Assembly: GCF_001194135.2 (NCBI RefSeq)
Contig: NC_068996.1
Location: forward strand, 27,655,112 to 27,719,111
Source of the DNA: Octopus bimaculoides
Lineage: Eukaryota
Length of the DNA stretch: 64,000 bases
Direction of reading: 5' to 3'
Positions 51,251 to 64,000 of the stretch are shown piece by piece (position 1 is the first letter of the stretch; the number at the start of each line of letters is the position of its first letter). Position numbers and translations under genes: made by a program. The notes under the pieces were generated by a model. It saw only the letters and a program-made list of their open reading frames with translations. It was not told the DNA's origin and searched no databases.

Positions 51251-51889
51251 ACAGTCCCACTCGCCCATGCAATCACAATACTGCATTTGTAATTTGTGTA
51301 CATACATTTAGCTTGATCTTAGACAAAAGCTGAGAAGTGATATATTTATGTATGATTTTTCTGAGTTTTATGTAAGTTCTTATGAGAATTCAAGCCAGTC
51401 ACTAACAAAGCTACAAAACATTTTGAGTTATGAGAGTTACCAGTATTTGTAAATATGTGGTTGTGTTAGTGTGTTGAATGAACTGTTGATGCATACGTGT
51501 GTGTGTGCATCGATTCACCTTTAGTGTACGTCAGGTTACCAATTTTTAGTGAATAGGCACTAAAATAACATCTGACTTTTTATAACAGCAGTAGTATGAT
51601 ACCTTGTAATGCAATAATAGACAACATTCAGAAGGCTTAATAGAACATAGTAATTTATTTTAAGAGGAAATGACAATAGCATTAAATCAAGGTTTGCTTG
51701 ACAGCATACAGGGTATAGCATTCAGTGGTATGATATAACAGTGTCCTAAGTGAACAAAAAAAAAGTTTGAGCTACTTGTTATAAGGTCACAAATCCAGAA
51801 GGTGTATGTAGCATAAATAACATGTAACACTTTCTGTATATCATAAAATGTGAAAAGGATAAATGTTCAAACAATCCATAAATAGTTAT

Positions 51890-53000
51890 TTAATTCTAGA
51901 GTGTTTCTTCCTTCGATATTGTCCACATGATGGAGTTGAGCTCCAACAGCGACATGACAAATTACGTCTGACTTTCTTGGAGGCTTGGCTGGGATTGATT
52001 AAAATTTTCCCGCAACTTTGTAATAGGCGGCAGTGTGTATCTATGCATGAGGTAAAGCAGTTGGCTACACTAACCAAATCACGCATAGATGGAAAACATT
52101 TCTGCCAAAAGGAAATAGTGCTCCTACACACTGAAAGAATCTTGGAAAATCTTTGAAATGTCTTACAAATCTTCACTGTGACACTAATAGATTGGATTGG
52201 GGAAAATCTGTGTCAGTTTCTTTTGCTCTTTCTTCAAAAAACCTGACCTTTGTAGATTTTTGTGTAAATTTGTTAGTACATCCATAATGGTGCATCTATG
52301 ATGATAGATACAAATGAGAATTTATAGTCAAGGTACAAGAGCTGTAAGTTTCACATAATTCACCATAGATATTGTACATTTGTACATTCATGTCTGTTGG
52401 ACAGCTGACCACTACAACAGTGCATAACTTTTGCTCCCTATCCCACAGAACAATATCTGGTCTGTTATATTTGCACCAAATTGTGGTTTTATTGGAGTGT
52501 TCCATCAGTACCTCTTGTTTTTAAAGGTGTTACATGCCTTTGATATATACATCAGGGCAGTCCTTCCTGCAGATAGAATTGTAAATGGCTTTACACTATA
52601 TCATGCCTCAGGGGCAGGTAATATCTTGTTGACATTTTGGGGCAGCTGTTGATGATATGGGTAAGAGGTTTGAGATTAACAAGCCCTGAAGAACAAACAT
52701 TATTATACTAGTGATAGAAAACAGAGAGAGAGAGAGAAACAGCACACCTGTGGGCCAGAGTCTGAAGCATGTCTGTTAGTGATTTAATGGAATTAGTTGA
52801 GTAGCCCTCCTCTAGATACAGTCCAGGATGTCTATGTATGTAGCAACAGCACTGTGCCAGATGTGGGAGCAATGTTTCATTGTCAATTTCAATAGAGTGT
52901 AGCCGAGAGTCAGCAATTGGTCTTAAGTAAAAGGGCCAGTGGGGTTGGACACAACAAGGGTAACAAAAGCTGTAATGAGACAACTGGGTTGGGAGTGCTT
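51890..53000 (-). mobile_element. RLE-type LINE 3' remnant
   Basis: LTHIINSCPKMSTRYYLPLRHD, NRPDIVLWDREQKLCTVV (PD motif) and the ORF end VKICKTFQRF, then a probable 3' UTR. Confidence 0.75.
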
Positions 53001-54555
53001 AAATGAAAAAAGTATAAGATGAAACAGCTATGAAAGACAGATATTATTATACAAAGTGAAAGAGAGACAAACAACAAACCTGTGACCAGAGAGTGGAGTA
53101 TGTTTGCATACTTCCTCCTAATTATGAAGAATGTGACACAGATTGTTAAATTTTAAAGGAGAGAAAGAAAAAAAAACTTTCTCACAAAATAAAAGGGACT
53201 ACTTCAAACTTTCTCCTCAACTGCAGATTATTTCTGGTTATCACTCATCATCATCATCTGGTTGTGTTTGTTGCATAGATTACCATGACTCACTCTCTCC
53301 ACTTTGTTCAGTTTGCCGTTGCATGAAGTAGGTCTTCTCGGGTGTACTCAGAGTTCTTACACAGTTGTTTTATGTAGGTTCAATCTGGTCTATGAATATT
53401 TGTGTACTCATACTCCAGCTCCCAAAGAAGAACACTACTAATGATCCCATCCCTTGCTCTCCAGCAATATCCAGCAAATCTTGTTCTTCTTTCTCTGATG
53501 ACGCATGATATTGGTGGTATATTATCAAAGAGTTCTTTTGTAGTGTGTTGTCTCCAGATGTCCAGAGCAGTCTGAAGCATTTTTTAATGAGTTCTATCAA
53601 TTTTCTTTTCAACATTTTTTTGTTGGAACTGACTGTACAACCACTTCAAAGAAATTATGTTTCAAATTTAATGGAAGATTTCTAGACTGTTGATAATATA
53701 TTTAAAGCTGCCCAGGATTTGCCAATTTGAACATGAACATCACATGCAGACAGATCTTCTTTATGATTTTACTTCAAGATATTTAAATTCAACATTTTCA
53801 AAGATTTTCCAGATGTAGAGTTAATGTTGCCACTCTGGCTGTACATCATATATTGTCTTGTCTGAGTTAATGTAGAGACCAATACCATTATCAGCACTTC
53901 CAAGGCTGTGCAAGAGAGACGCAGCATCATGAACTTCATTTACTAGTAGCACCAAGTTATCAGCATAGTCAGCATCATTGATGGTAACAGTTGGAAAGCA
54001 TCTACTTTTCACTGGTTGAAGAGTGAATATTTTGTCCATCTCATCTATAATGCTGAGTAGAACATAATCTAGACATATAATGAACAATATAATGCCAGTG
54101 TGTCACCCTGGAGAATATCAGTCACTATGTCAAAGAACTGTGTTACCATCTGGAGAATGAACGGGATTGGGTACTTCTATACAACATGATGATGACATTG
54201 ACAGTTTTCTTTTGGATACTATATGCAAGAAGTATTTCTTCCATTTTCCCTCTGTGCATCAAGTCAGAGGCCTTAGAAAAGTCAACAAATTGCTTTCAGG
54301 TTCCTCACATGAACTCCTTCAATACCTGTTTGGACTGTAAGAATCTGGGTAAATGTTGATCTATTTCTTCGAAAGCCATTCTGGTTTTCCCTCAAGATAT
54401 TTTCAATCTCTGGTTGCATACAATTGAGTAGCATGGCATTGTAAACTTTAGCAGATATAGCAGAGAGAGTCTTCCTACCTCTGTATTTTTGGTGACATCA
54501 AGATCTCCGTTCTTTGGAAACAGGAGTGTGCATCTTTTACTCCATTTCTCTATAT

Positions 54556-56373
54556 CAGGGGTCACCAAACTACAGCCCGCAGGCCAGATCCGTCCCGCAA
54601 GGTCAGTTCATCCAGCTCACTGCCATTGTAATCCCTCGTCTCTGTCTGCTTATCTGTGTGTTTGTAAAATTACTGGAGAATGGCTAAACAGATTTTCACC
54701 AAATTTGACAGAAATATGTATTGTGTGAGTGGTTTGAAACGATGAAAATTTGGTTTGATTATCTTCAAAACTGGCGGATCAGTGAATCAAAATGTTTGGA
54801 CTGTGCAAATTTTTTGCGAACGAATTTATGTGCATGCATCATTTTGGCATGTTCGCAGCACAAGAATCTATTACTAGCACATAAAATCATGTATTATGTC
54901 TATTTTATCTCTCACCAAATGGAGTATATATATATATCATTTGATTTGATCCTCGTCTGTGTGTGTATAGATCATGGTGTACCTATGCATATAGACATGT
55001 ATGGGTACATATATAGATACATTCATACATACATACACAGATACGCAACTACGTGCGTGCGCACGTGTATGTGCATTGATGGATTTGAGGGTCTCATTTA
55101 TCTATGAGTTGATTTCTTAATTTCACCGGAGTAAAAATACCTATGTGAAGGTGCGTGGCTTAGTGGTTAGAGTGTCAGCATCATGATCGTAAGATTGTGG
55201 TTTCGATTCCTGAACCAGACAGCACGTTGTGTTCTTAAGCAAAACACTTCATTTCACGTTGCTCCAGTTCACTCAGCTGGCAAAAATGAGTAACGCTGCG
55301 ATGGACTGGTGTCCTGTCCATCTGGGGAACACATACGCTATGGAAACCGGGCCCATGAGCCTGGCTAGGCTTTGAAAGGGCGCAAAGAAATAAATACCTT
55401 TAATGGTGATACTTTAAAAAAATTAAAATTTTTTAAAAATTGATCTTACAAATTTCCCAATAAGCAAGTGGTCATATTATTTATATCCTACAATGAACTA
55501 CAGTATGCTTGATTCACTTGCCATCATTGAAAGACATTCAAAACACTTCTTAAATTTTATGCAACATTTTCTATAAGTATTTCATTTTGTTCACTTTTTT
55601 TTCATAATCATGATTATTATTTGAATAATCATTTATTTAGTCACATGCAAATTTTACTCATATATGTTTGGCACAGACACCGATCAAGTCTACTTTTAGA
55701 TGTCCTCTACTTATGCTTCTAATCCCCTTTTAGTCAAACACTTACAAAGCTTAATTCAGCTCAATTAAAAAGCATGGGTAAGTAACGCACTGTAAGCCAC
55801 ACTGTGATTTGTGAAAAAATTTATCTGCGCACAGAGTATGTATCGCCACTCTGATGCCTTTTTTTTTTTTCATTTTTCATATTGTAAAAGGTTGATAGTT
55901 GCAATAGAGACTTTAGCCTCTCTCTATCACCTTTCAACAAAATTATATATTAAGAAAACAGTAGAACAATTAACAACATAATAAAAATATGTTTAATTTT
56001 GGTGATGCTTGGCTTTACAAATCCTGTGTCATTCAGCCTAGCAGCCGCTGGTTCAAATTATAATCAGCATCTGGAATATTAAGAGCTTTGTTGAGGTATG
56101 CCAAAGGAGCAAGTAGTTGTCATGTTGAAAGCATCGAGCTAAAGAGGCTTAGAAAGTGCGCAAAGCGCTTTAAGTACTGGTTTTACTACGCATGCGCACT
56201 CGAGGGGTTTCTGGGAAAGCAAGTCCCTTGTGCATGCATAGATTGTACTTCCTTAATGGCGGCCATAATTTCGCGCCACTACAATATGTTTACTGTATTG
56301 TACTGAACAAAATGGTTAGGTGGCCTGCGCTTGTCATTCTCTCAGTTATGTGGCCCAAGTTTGATGACCCCTG
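54556..56373. mobile_element. Non-autonomous hAT (Charlie-like) DNA transposon
   Basis: 16-bp TIR CAGGGGTCA(C/T)CAAACT and perfect 8-bp TSD CTCTATAT (54548-54555 and 56374-56381). No transposase ORF. Confidence 0.9.
55143..55391 (+). mobile_element. tRNA-derived SINE nested in the hAT element
   Basis: A box TGGCTTAGTGG, B box GTTTCGATTCC and probable TSD AAATACCT (55135-55142 and 55392-55399). Confidence 0.85.
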
Positions 56374-56504
56374 CTCTATATGGTTTTGATGGTACATAGC
56401 ATCACAGAACCAAAGAAGAATATCATTAAATTCCCATTTTCCAAACTTCAGGTGAGATTTTATCCAAACCAGCAGCCTTATTGCACAGCCATGATATATC
56501 TTCA

Positions 56505-56915
56505 TCATCAGCAGCAGCATTTTAATGTACACTTTTTCATCCTTGCATAGGTTTGATGGAGTTTACTGAAGCAAATTTTCAATGACCAGATACCCTTCCT
56601 GTTGCCAGCCTTCACCTGTTTCCAAGCAAGAAAATATTTCTCTATGACCAGATATGCACTTGTAGAGTATTGGAAAAGAATGACATTGCTTGTATGAGAG
56701 TGACACTCAAACATAAACATATACACTCATTCACACACACACACACACACACACAGTACGTTGGGCTTCTTTCAGTTTCTGTCTATAAAATCCATTCACA
56801 ATGCTTTGGTTGGTTCAGGGCTATAGTTGAACACAATTGTCCAAGGTGTTACACAGTGGGTTTGAACCTGAAACCACGTACTTTGGAAGCAAACCTCTTA
56901 ACCACATATACCAAT
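56505..56915 (-). mobile_element. CORE-like SINE with internal (CA)n and RTE-like tail
   Basis: Same architecture as 2659-3085. Confidence 0.65.
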
Positions 56916-57504
56916 GTGTGAGTGTGTGTGTGTGTGTGGTGTGGTGTGGTGTGGTGTGGTGTGTGTGTGTATGTGTGTGTGTGTGTGTGTGTGTGAGAAC
57001 AGATATTGATTTGTTTGCATTCCTGTAATGTAGCAGTTCACCAATCAGAATGATAAAATCAGGACCAAACTTAAAATAGATACTAGATTAATTTGATCTG
57101 CTAAATCCTTCAATGAAGTGCTCCAGCATGACTACATCCAATGACTACAGTACAATGAAACAAGTAAAAGAATAAAAGAACATCAAATTCACTTTATTCT
57201 TCTCTTGATAAAATTTATCAGCATTGCAAGATAATAAGACCGCATCAACAACTTGACAGTTTTTACCATAGCTTTTCTTATCTTGGTTACTATCATATCT
57301 GCCTGTTCTCTATTTTCTTCTTTCTCTCTCTCTCTCTCTCATCTCTCACACTCTCTCTCTCATCTCCCACACTCTCTCTCCCTCCCAATCTGTCGCCTTC
57401 GCTCTCTCTAATATATATCTACAAATATATATTCTTGTGTATGTAGGTGTGTTGAATTAAGCTAGTTTATGAATGACAACAGAATATTTGTTCATAGCAT
57501 GATT

Positions 57505-57725
57505 AAACACTGGTTTCAAATTTTGGCACAAGGCCAGCAATTTCGAGGTAGGGGGTAAGTTGATTACATTGCCCCCAGTGTTCAACTGGTGCTTATTTTA
57601 TTGACCCCAAACAGATGAAAGGCAATATTGACCGTGGCAGAATTTGAACTCAGAACGTAAAGATGGACGAAATGCTACCAAGCATTTTTCCTGGTGTGTT
57701 AACAATTCTACTAGCTTGCCAGTTT
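57505..57725 (-). mobile_element. ATT-tailed tRNA SINE
   Basis: Contains the family blocks GAGTTCAAATTC and CTTTCATCTGTTTGGGGTCAAT. Confidence 0.75.
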
Positions 57726-58019
57726 AGGATGATTAAATATTGAGTTAAATTAATCATTAAGTTTCACTTATTGGCTTATTCAACCAGTTGAATGAATGTA
57801 TGCAGAGATGTATATATATATTTGTGGGAGTGTATGTGTGTGTGTACAAGTGTGTGAGTGAGTGTGTGTGTGTACAAGTGTGTGAGTGAATGTGTGTATC
57901 TGTATGTGTGTGTGTGTGATTGAGTGTGCATGTGTGAGAATGTGTGTGTGTGTTTGTGTGATCTTTTGTTAGTGTCTGAAATATTTTCTGGTCCTGAAGA
58001 AAAGGGCCCAGTTTGGGAA

Positions 58020-58800
58020 TGAGCTATGAACTATGTTAATGATGTATTTTCACCAAGTGAGATCTTCTACAATAGTAATTTTGAGTGCCAGCATTTTGAG
58101 TGTCTGTCAGGGCAGTAGCTGAGTGCTACTCTGATTTAGGGATGTTGTGCGGTGGTGGTGTTTGTTTGATATGAGTAGCACTTGAGATTTTTTGTTATTA
58201 AAAAGAGATGAGGTTGGCATGGTCCTACTAGTGGATGCTCCAAGGTCTCAGTTTATAGAATCAATACAGATTTAGTATGTGATGTCAAAGCTTTGTGTGG
58301 ATAATACATAGTTAGAGAAGGTTAGGGAGGAATGAAGAGTACAATGGTGTATGTAGCAAAAGTAGGTCATTGATGCACAGAAGGAAACAAGTAGGAGAAG
58401 AAAATTGAACCTTGAAGTACACCAGAACTGACTGAGCATATGAAGAACTGTCAATATCTGTTGCAATAATGAGATCAGAATAGAAACTACTTATCCTAGA
58501 GATGAGGGTCAGGTGAAGCCCACATGCAAGAAGTTTTGATAGGATAGTTGTATGCTAGACACAGTTGAAGGCTTTGCTGATGTTTACAATAACAACATTG
58601 CTTCATTAAACTATTCTAAATCTAGCGCCTGTTGGTGAGTGACATGAGAATAGGTCTCCAGAATGCATTTCAAAATATATAGGTGCAGGCATAGTTGTGG
58701 GGTTAATAAGCTAGAAAGATTCACCTGGTAGAGGAAGCAATGTAATTACTAGTAATTGCTTACTAACCAGTTGCAGTCTACCAAGTTTCTGGAAGTGTCA
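58020..58800 (-). mobile_element. Degraded CR1/L2/Jockey-like LINE RT fragment
   Basis: Minus-strand remnants ISKAFNCV and SGVLQGS...INDL. Confidence 0.6.
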
Positions 58801-58869
58801 TAATGGTCCCACCTTTCTGATCAGAAGATATAGATAGATAGACAGATGTATGTATGTATGTATGTGTGT

Positions 58870-59640
58870 ATGTGTGTATATATGTATGTATGTATGTATG
58901 CATGCATGTTATTGTTCAGTTTTATTTCAAGATTTCTTGCCAATAGAGAAAGGGTTAGTTTCTAACCTAGATCCAAGGCTTCTTCATTGGAATTTCAACA
59001 TCAACAACAAGGTATTTTTGTTTGCATGTATATATATGTGCAGATTTATATGTTTTGCTTTATGTATGTATTCTCAAGCATATAGTTGAATATCTGTGAA
59101 GGCACAATGGCCCAGTGGTTAGGGCAGCAGGCTCGTGGTCATAGGATCGCAGTTTTGATTCCCAGACCGGGCGTTGTGAGTGTTTATTGAGCGAAAACAA
59201 CTAAAGCTCCACAAGGTTCCAGCAGGGGATGGTGGCGAACCCTGCTGTACTCTTCCACCACAACTTTCTCTCACTCTTACTTCCTGTTTCTGTTGTGCCT
59301 GTAATTCAAAGGGTCAGCCTTGTCACACTGTGTCACGCTGAATATCCCCGAGAACTACGTTAAGGGTACACGTGTATGTAGAGTGCTCAGCCACTTGCAC
59401 ATTAATTTCATGAGCAGGCTGTTCCGTTGATCGGATCAACTGGAACCCTTGACGTCGTAAGCGATAGAGTGTCAACAACATATATATAGTTGAATATCTA
59501 GACATGCTCATAAAGTTTTACAGATTTTTACAGTTCCAGTCTACGTCTTAGAATTAGCTTTCTTCTTTCTGGTTTTGAGAAGTCTAATTTCTCAGGATTG
59601 GTATTTAGGCAGTGTGTTATATATCACAGGCTCCAATAAC
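58870..59640 (-). mobile_element. RLE-type LINE 3' end ending in (TACA)n, interrupted by a SINE
   Basis: Reads GTVKICKTL and shares the UTR block AGATCCAAGGCTTCTTCATTGGAA with 43857-43880. Confidence 0.7.
59096..59483 (+). mobile_element. tRNA-derived SINE (TGTGAAGG head, tail Y)
   Basis: A box TGGCCCAGTGG and 16-bp TSD ATATAGTTGAATATCT (59080-59095 and 59484-59499). Confidence 0.9.
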
Positions 59641-60096
59641 TGTAGGTATAAACCTGAACTTGTAATCTGGATAGAGTAATGGCAGACTTCTCAATAGTTC
59701 AGCATCGGTATTCTCTTTTTAACTTATCTTCAGCTTTATGTATGTATGTATGTGTGTGTGTGTATGTATGTATGCATGCATACATGTATGTACATACAGA
59801 TGTTTGTTTTTAATTATTCTAATTCTTCTGCAGTAGAAAGAGATGGTTTCTACCAAAGTTACAAAGCTCCTCATTGGAATGTTGATAAAAAAAGCAATGT
59901 CACATTTTAAACTTGAAAATAGTCTTGCATATTTTTCTGATCCCCTTACAGATTGTATTTATAATGTGCAAGCCAATTGGTTGAATTTTTTTTTCTGAAA
60001 AACCAAACTTATCCGGATTGTCATTCAGGCATCTACTCACAAAACCAAGTGTACCAATTATGAGTAATAGAAATGTAAATTTATAATCTGGATATA

Positions 60097-60760
60097 CAAG
60101 GTTGGGCTGAAAAGTTCATAGGCTGACTATGAAAGAGTAATGTTAGAGCTGTGAAATCTTACGTGTATTTATTTAAAACTCTTCTTATTAATAACTGCAT
60201 TATTTCTTGGTAAACTGACATCTGACTGTTCAAAGAAGACTTCAAAAGTAACTAGTAGAGGACTTCTCTTGAAAAATGGATAAAATTTGGCATTGTGGTG
60301 TTATTAAGTACCTGCAAGAAAAGGGTTTATCCCCCATCAACATTCATAATGATATGGCTGCTACATTAGGCGATGACACTCCAGCTTTATTAACAGTGCA
60401 AAAGAGGGCAGCTGAATTTAGGAGGAGAAGGTGACCCAATACCTGGACATCCTGCATCTGCCACCACTGAGGAAGACATTGATCGTGTTCACCACATGGT
60501 AATGGATTGCAGGTGATTAACTATAAATCAAATAGCCAATGTTATTAGCATATTCTGTGAGAGAGTTGAGAATATTCTGCACAATAAATTTGGTATGATG
60601 ATTTCTGCTCAGTGACAGCCATGTCTTTTAATACCTCATCAAAAGTGATTAGGCCCCATTTTTTGAACAGTAACATTGATGAAGAAGTGTGTGAACTGCA
60701 AAGGGTAATATGTTGAAAAATAAGCCTCATTTGGTCACATTCCATGAGACTATCTTACTA
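60097..60760 (+). mobile_element. Internally deleted mariner
   Basis: TA-CAAGGTTGGGCTGAAAAGTTC end, N-terminus MDKIWHCGVIKYLQEKGLSPINIHNDM at 60276, and a C-terminal-like ...YVEK* near 60720. Confidence 0.7.
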
Positions 60761-61319
60761 ATGGCATAAATAGAATCATTTTTAGGAGCACTTTAGACCA
60801 CTCAGTTTCTCTTCCTCCTACTTCCTGTCTATGTATGAAGGTAATGTTCTCTTGTATCCCTCATCAATTGCCACTAGTTTCTTAAGAATAGGCTTGTAAA
60901 AGATGGTTATCATTGTTTTATTTCCCTCCTGTCATTTTTACCTGGAAGAACTTGGTCCAAAATGTTGGCTACTCCACATCTTGCAGAAATTTCATTGTAC
61001 TCTTTCTGTCACTTTATATCAGGCTCCCTGTCTGTTTTGGCTTGTTTTCTATGGCTGGATGCCCTTCCTAATGCCAACAGTGTACTGGGTGCTTTTTATG
61101 AGTCACTGGCACGGGTGCTTTTTTCTTGTCACTGATGTGTCTTTTCATGCAAAACAAATCATCAGAGGTCTCAGTCACCTGTCATTACATCCACACACAC
61201 ATTGCTTTCTTGCTCCTCTTGATCATTTGCTCCCTCTCCTCTGAAATTTGAATTTTCATGTAGCTCCTCTACAGCAAGAAACCTGATCTGCTCTGGCCCT
61301 TTCTCTCATACTTTTACTG

Positions 61320-63603
61320 CTCATCTCCTAACATAAGTTGCTCGTCCCACCCCAAGAATCTATGGTTTTGTTACATGTTTTAAATAAGAAAAATGTACTT
61401 ATAAATAACAAATATTGTATAAAAAAAAAACAATACAATGGAATGTACTGCAATAAACTAGTTTTATTAAGTATCATGTATAGCATTTACCTTGGAGATC
61501 AGATGACTTGAGGATGCTGACGGAGGTGGAAGAGAAAGGCAGAACTGGAGAACTGAATTTTATTCAATGATTTTTGCTTTTTTGCCATGCTTTCCTCACT
61601 TTCATCTGCAGGTGTTTTTGATAAAACCTCTTTCATTCTCACTTTCAGAGTGTTTCTTGAATGAGTTAGGCAAGTGTCATTAAATAGCGCCATTGCATGC
61701 CCAGTTGTAACTTTTTCTGTGTGTTTCTTTTGAATAAAATCTGAAAGTTTCTCCCACATTCCCAACATTTCCTTTATTGCACTTGTAGAGGTAACCTCCT
61801 CTGTGTCACCTATTTCCTGCAAAATCTCTGTATGCTGCTGTATCTATAGCTCCTTTAGTTCTTCTGTTGTCACTTCCTCAGAGTGTTCCTCGATGAACTC
61901 ATTGATATCACCTTCATCTACATCCAGACCCATGAACTTGCTGAGGAATGCAATGTTCTCCACCACTGCCACTTCGGGTTTGAGTCTTTCAAAGTCTGTT
62001 TCAGACACAACCTCAAGCTACAGCTTCTTCCACACAGAGGTCAAGGTCCTCTTTGTAGCACCCTGCCAAGCCATATAGATAATTCTGAGGCATAGTGATC
62101 TTTCCAGAACTCTCTAAGGGTGAGGTTTGTGCTCTCTGTCACCTCAAAGCAGTGGCGGAACAGGTGCTTGGTGAAGAGCTTCTTGAAATTAGAAATCTCA
62201 TGTGGGACCATGGGTTGCAGGATAGGGGTAGTGTCGGGTGGAAGGTAGAGAACCTTTATACACTTGAACCCTTCGAGGATGTCATCTTTGAGTTTAGGGC
62301 TTGCAGGGGTAGGTTATTTTCCTGGGGATATTTCTTAACGTTAGGACCAAAGACCAAATTCACCCAGTCCACTGATAACTATCTGGTGACCCACTCCCTT
62401 GGATTTGCCCTCTACATAACCTGCAGTTTTTCTTTTAGAATCTTATGTGACTTAATAGTTCTGGGGTTTTCTGAACGATAAACGAGCAGTGGCTTAATCT
62501 TGCAATCACTGCTTGCATTGGTGCACAGTGTGAGGGTTAGCTTATCTTTCATGGGTTTGTGGCCTGGTGTCCTCTTCTCCTCTACCATAATATAAGTCCT
62601 TTTTGGTATCTTCTTCCAAAAAAGTCCTGTCTTGTCACAGCTGAAGGCTTGCTGGGGGATGTATCCTTTGGCTGCTCTAATTCCGGCAAAAGCTTTGAGG
62701 CAATCCTCACTCACTGCCTCCCCATGCCTGATAAGGGGGTGAATGCTGGTCCTCTTTTTAAAATTCTTGAACCAGCCCCAACTAGCTTTAAATGGCTCAC
62801 CTGACACCTCGTCTATAAGAGTGCCTGGGGTCTGCTGCAGCAAATCAACATAAATAACTCATGCCTTCTTGCAGATTATAGCCTCAGTTATGGTATCTCC
62901 TGCAAGCTGCTGCTCTATCAACCACACCATCAGCAGCTTCTCCATGTTTTCAAGGAGAGATGTCTTCTGTTTAGAAATTATTTTAACATCCTTGGTTGGC
63001 GTTATAGCCTTTATTAACTCCTTCTGCTTCAGTATGGTGCAGGTCGTAGAAGTGCTATGCCTGTACTGCTTCGCCATGTCAACTTCACACACCTTGGTCA
63101 TGTTTTTCGATAATTTCTTTCTTTAATTCAATGCACATCATCTGTTTCTTCTTCTTCTCACCACTGTTCTTCATACTGACTTTCTTTGGACACATGGTTG
63201 GCGAAACGAAGTTTTGCAAAATAGTTGCAAGCACAACACCGATGGTTCTGTAGCCTGCAATGACTAAGTAAGCATTTTACCACCTGTCTAGCTAACGATC
63301 CACTAACGATCTTCACACTTGCTAACGCACATGTCTGTCTACCTATCAATCTACTAATGATCTTCACACTTGCTAATGTGGATGTCTGTCTAGCTATCGA
63401 GTGAGACACAAGACGTTGGGCAGATGTTACGGTGTTCACTGTGGTGTTTGCTATGCCAACTAACAGTGGGGTATCTGAAGTTGGCTTGTAACCTGAAGTT
63501 TAACTCGCAACTCAAAGCAAAAAATCGGCTGAGAGATGGCTCTATCTTGAAAAACTTGGAAAAACTTGTTAGTTCGGACACTCGAAAGTTAAGGTATCAC
63601 TGT
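61320..63603 (-). mobile_element. Tigger/pogo DNA transposon remnant (CENP-B-type HTH + DDE)
   Basis: ATG at 63195 reads MCPKKVSMK...IELKKEII, then FKASWGWFKNFKKR and DKTGLFWKKIPKRTYI, with frameshifts. Right end CAGTGATACCTT; left boundary approximate. Confidence 0.85.
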
Positions 63604-63629
63604 GAATATATATATATATATATATATAT

Positions 63630-64000
63630 TACAGAGATGCTGCCAGTAAGGTGAGGGTTGGAAATGAGTACAGCAATGAATTCCGGGTAGAGGTAGGGGT
63701 CCACCAAGGTTCCGTCCTCAGCCCCCTATTATTTACCATAGTCCTCCAGGCAATCACAGAGGAGTTCAAGACAGGTTGCCCCTGGGAGCTCCTCTATGCT
63801 GATGACCTTGCCCTAATTGCGGAGTCACTATCAGAACTAGAGGAGAAGTTTCAGGTGTGGAAGCAAGGTCTAGAATTGAAGGGCCTTAGAGTCAACCTAG
63901 CTAAAACCAAAATCCTAATAAGTAGGAAGGTAGATAAAACACAAACCCCTTCAGGTAGATGGCCCTGCTCAGTATGTAGAAAAGGAGTAGGTAGTAACTC
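63630..64000 (+). mobile_element. 5'-truncated, stop-free RTE LINE RT segment running off the right edge
   Basis: YRDAASKVRVG...GVHQGSVLSPLLF...WELLYADDL...KTKILI...WPCSVCRKGVGSN, starting immediately after a (TA)n tract. Confidence 0.9.

Larger units (their letters stand above)
53300..56510 (-). mobile_element. RTE-like LINE RT remnant split by a hAT insertion
   Basis: FIICLDYVL...DADYADNLVLL. Removing 54556-56373 and one TSD copy restores NHIEKWSKRCTLLFPKNGDL. Confidence 0.75.

Noticed and set aside
51863-52176. Overlapping ~97-aa ORFs that looked like a last exon of another gene
   Set aside because: The KICKTFQRF segment is the ORF end of the RLE LINE at 51890-53000, and the rest is its probable 3' UTR.
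55143-55230. tRNA gene (also 59096-59170)
   Set aside because: A and B boxes are present but no full cloverleaf or oligo-T terminator could be built. The sequence continues into a SINE body bounded by TSDs.

Overview
AT-rich, microsatellite- and transposon-dense animal genomic DNA from a draft assembly with ten N-gaps. The repeat landscape suggests an Octopus-like cephalopod, which is an inference. One host gene is supported: a spliced minus-strand gene for an AtuA/DUF1446-family protein with a probable mitochondrial presequence. Four exons (50146-50308, 12822-12922, 2289-2358, 248-378) join in frame through GT-AG sites into 155 codons, and the gene continues off the left edge. Intron 1 is about 37 kb. 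The rest of the window is mobile DNA: Penelope-like elements (one with inverted pLTRs and a hammerhead ribozyme motif), RTE LINEs with a PHD-like finger inside the RT, restriction-like-endonuclease LINEs embedded in microsatellites, three mariners, a Tigger/pogo, a hAT element with a perfect TSD, a Gypsy-like LTR remnant and several modular tRNA-derived SINE families. No rRNA, true tRNA or CRISPR array is supported.
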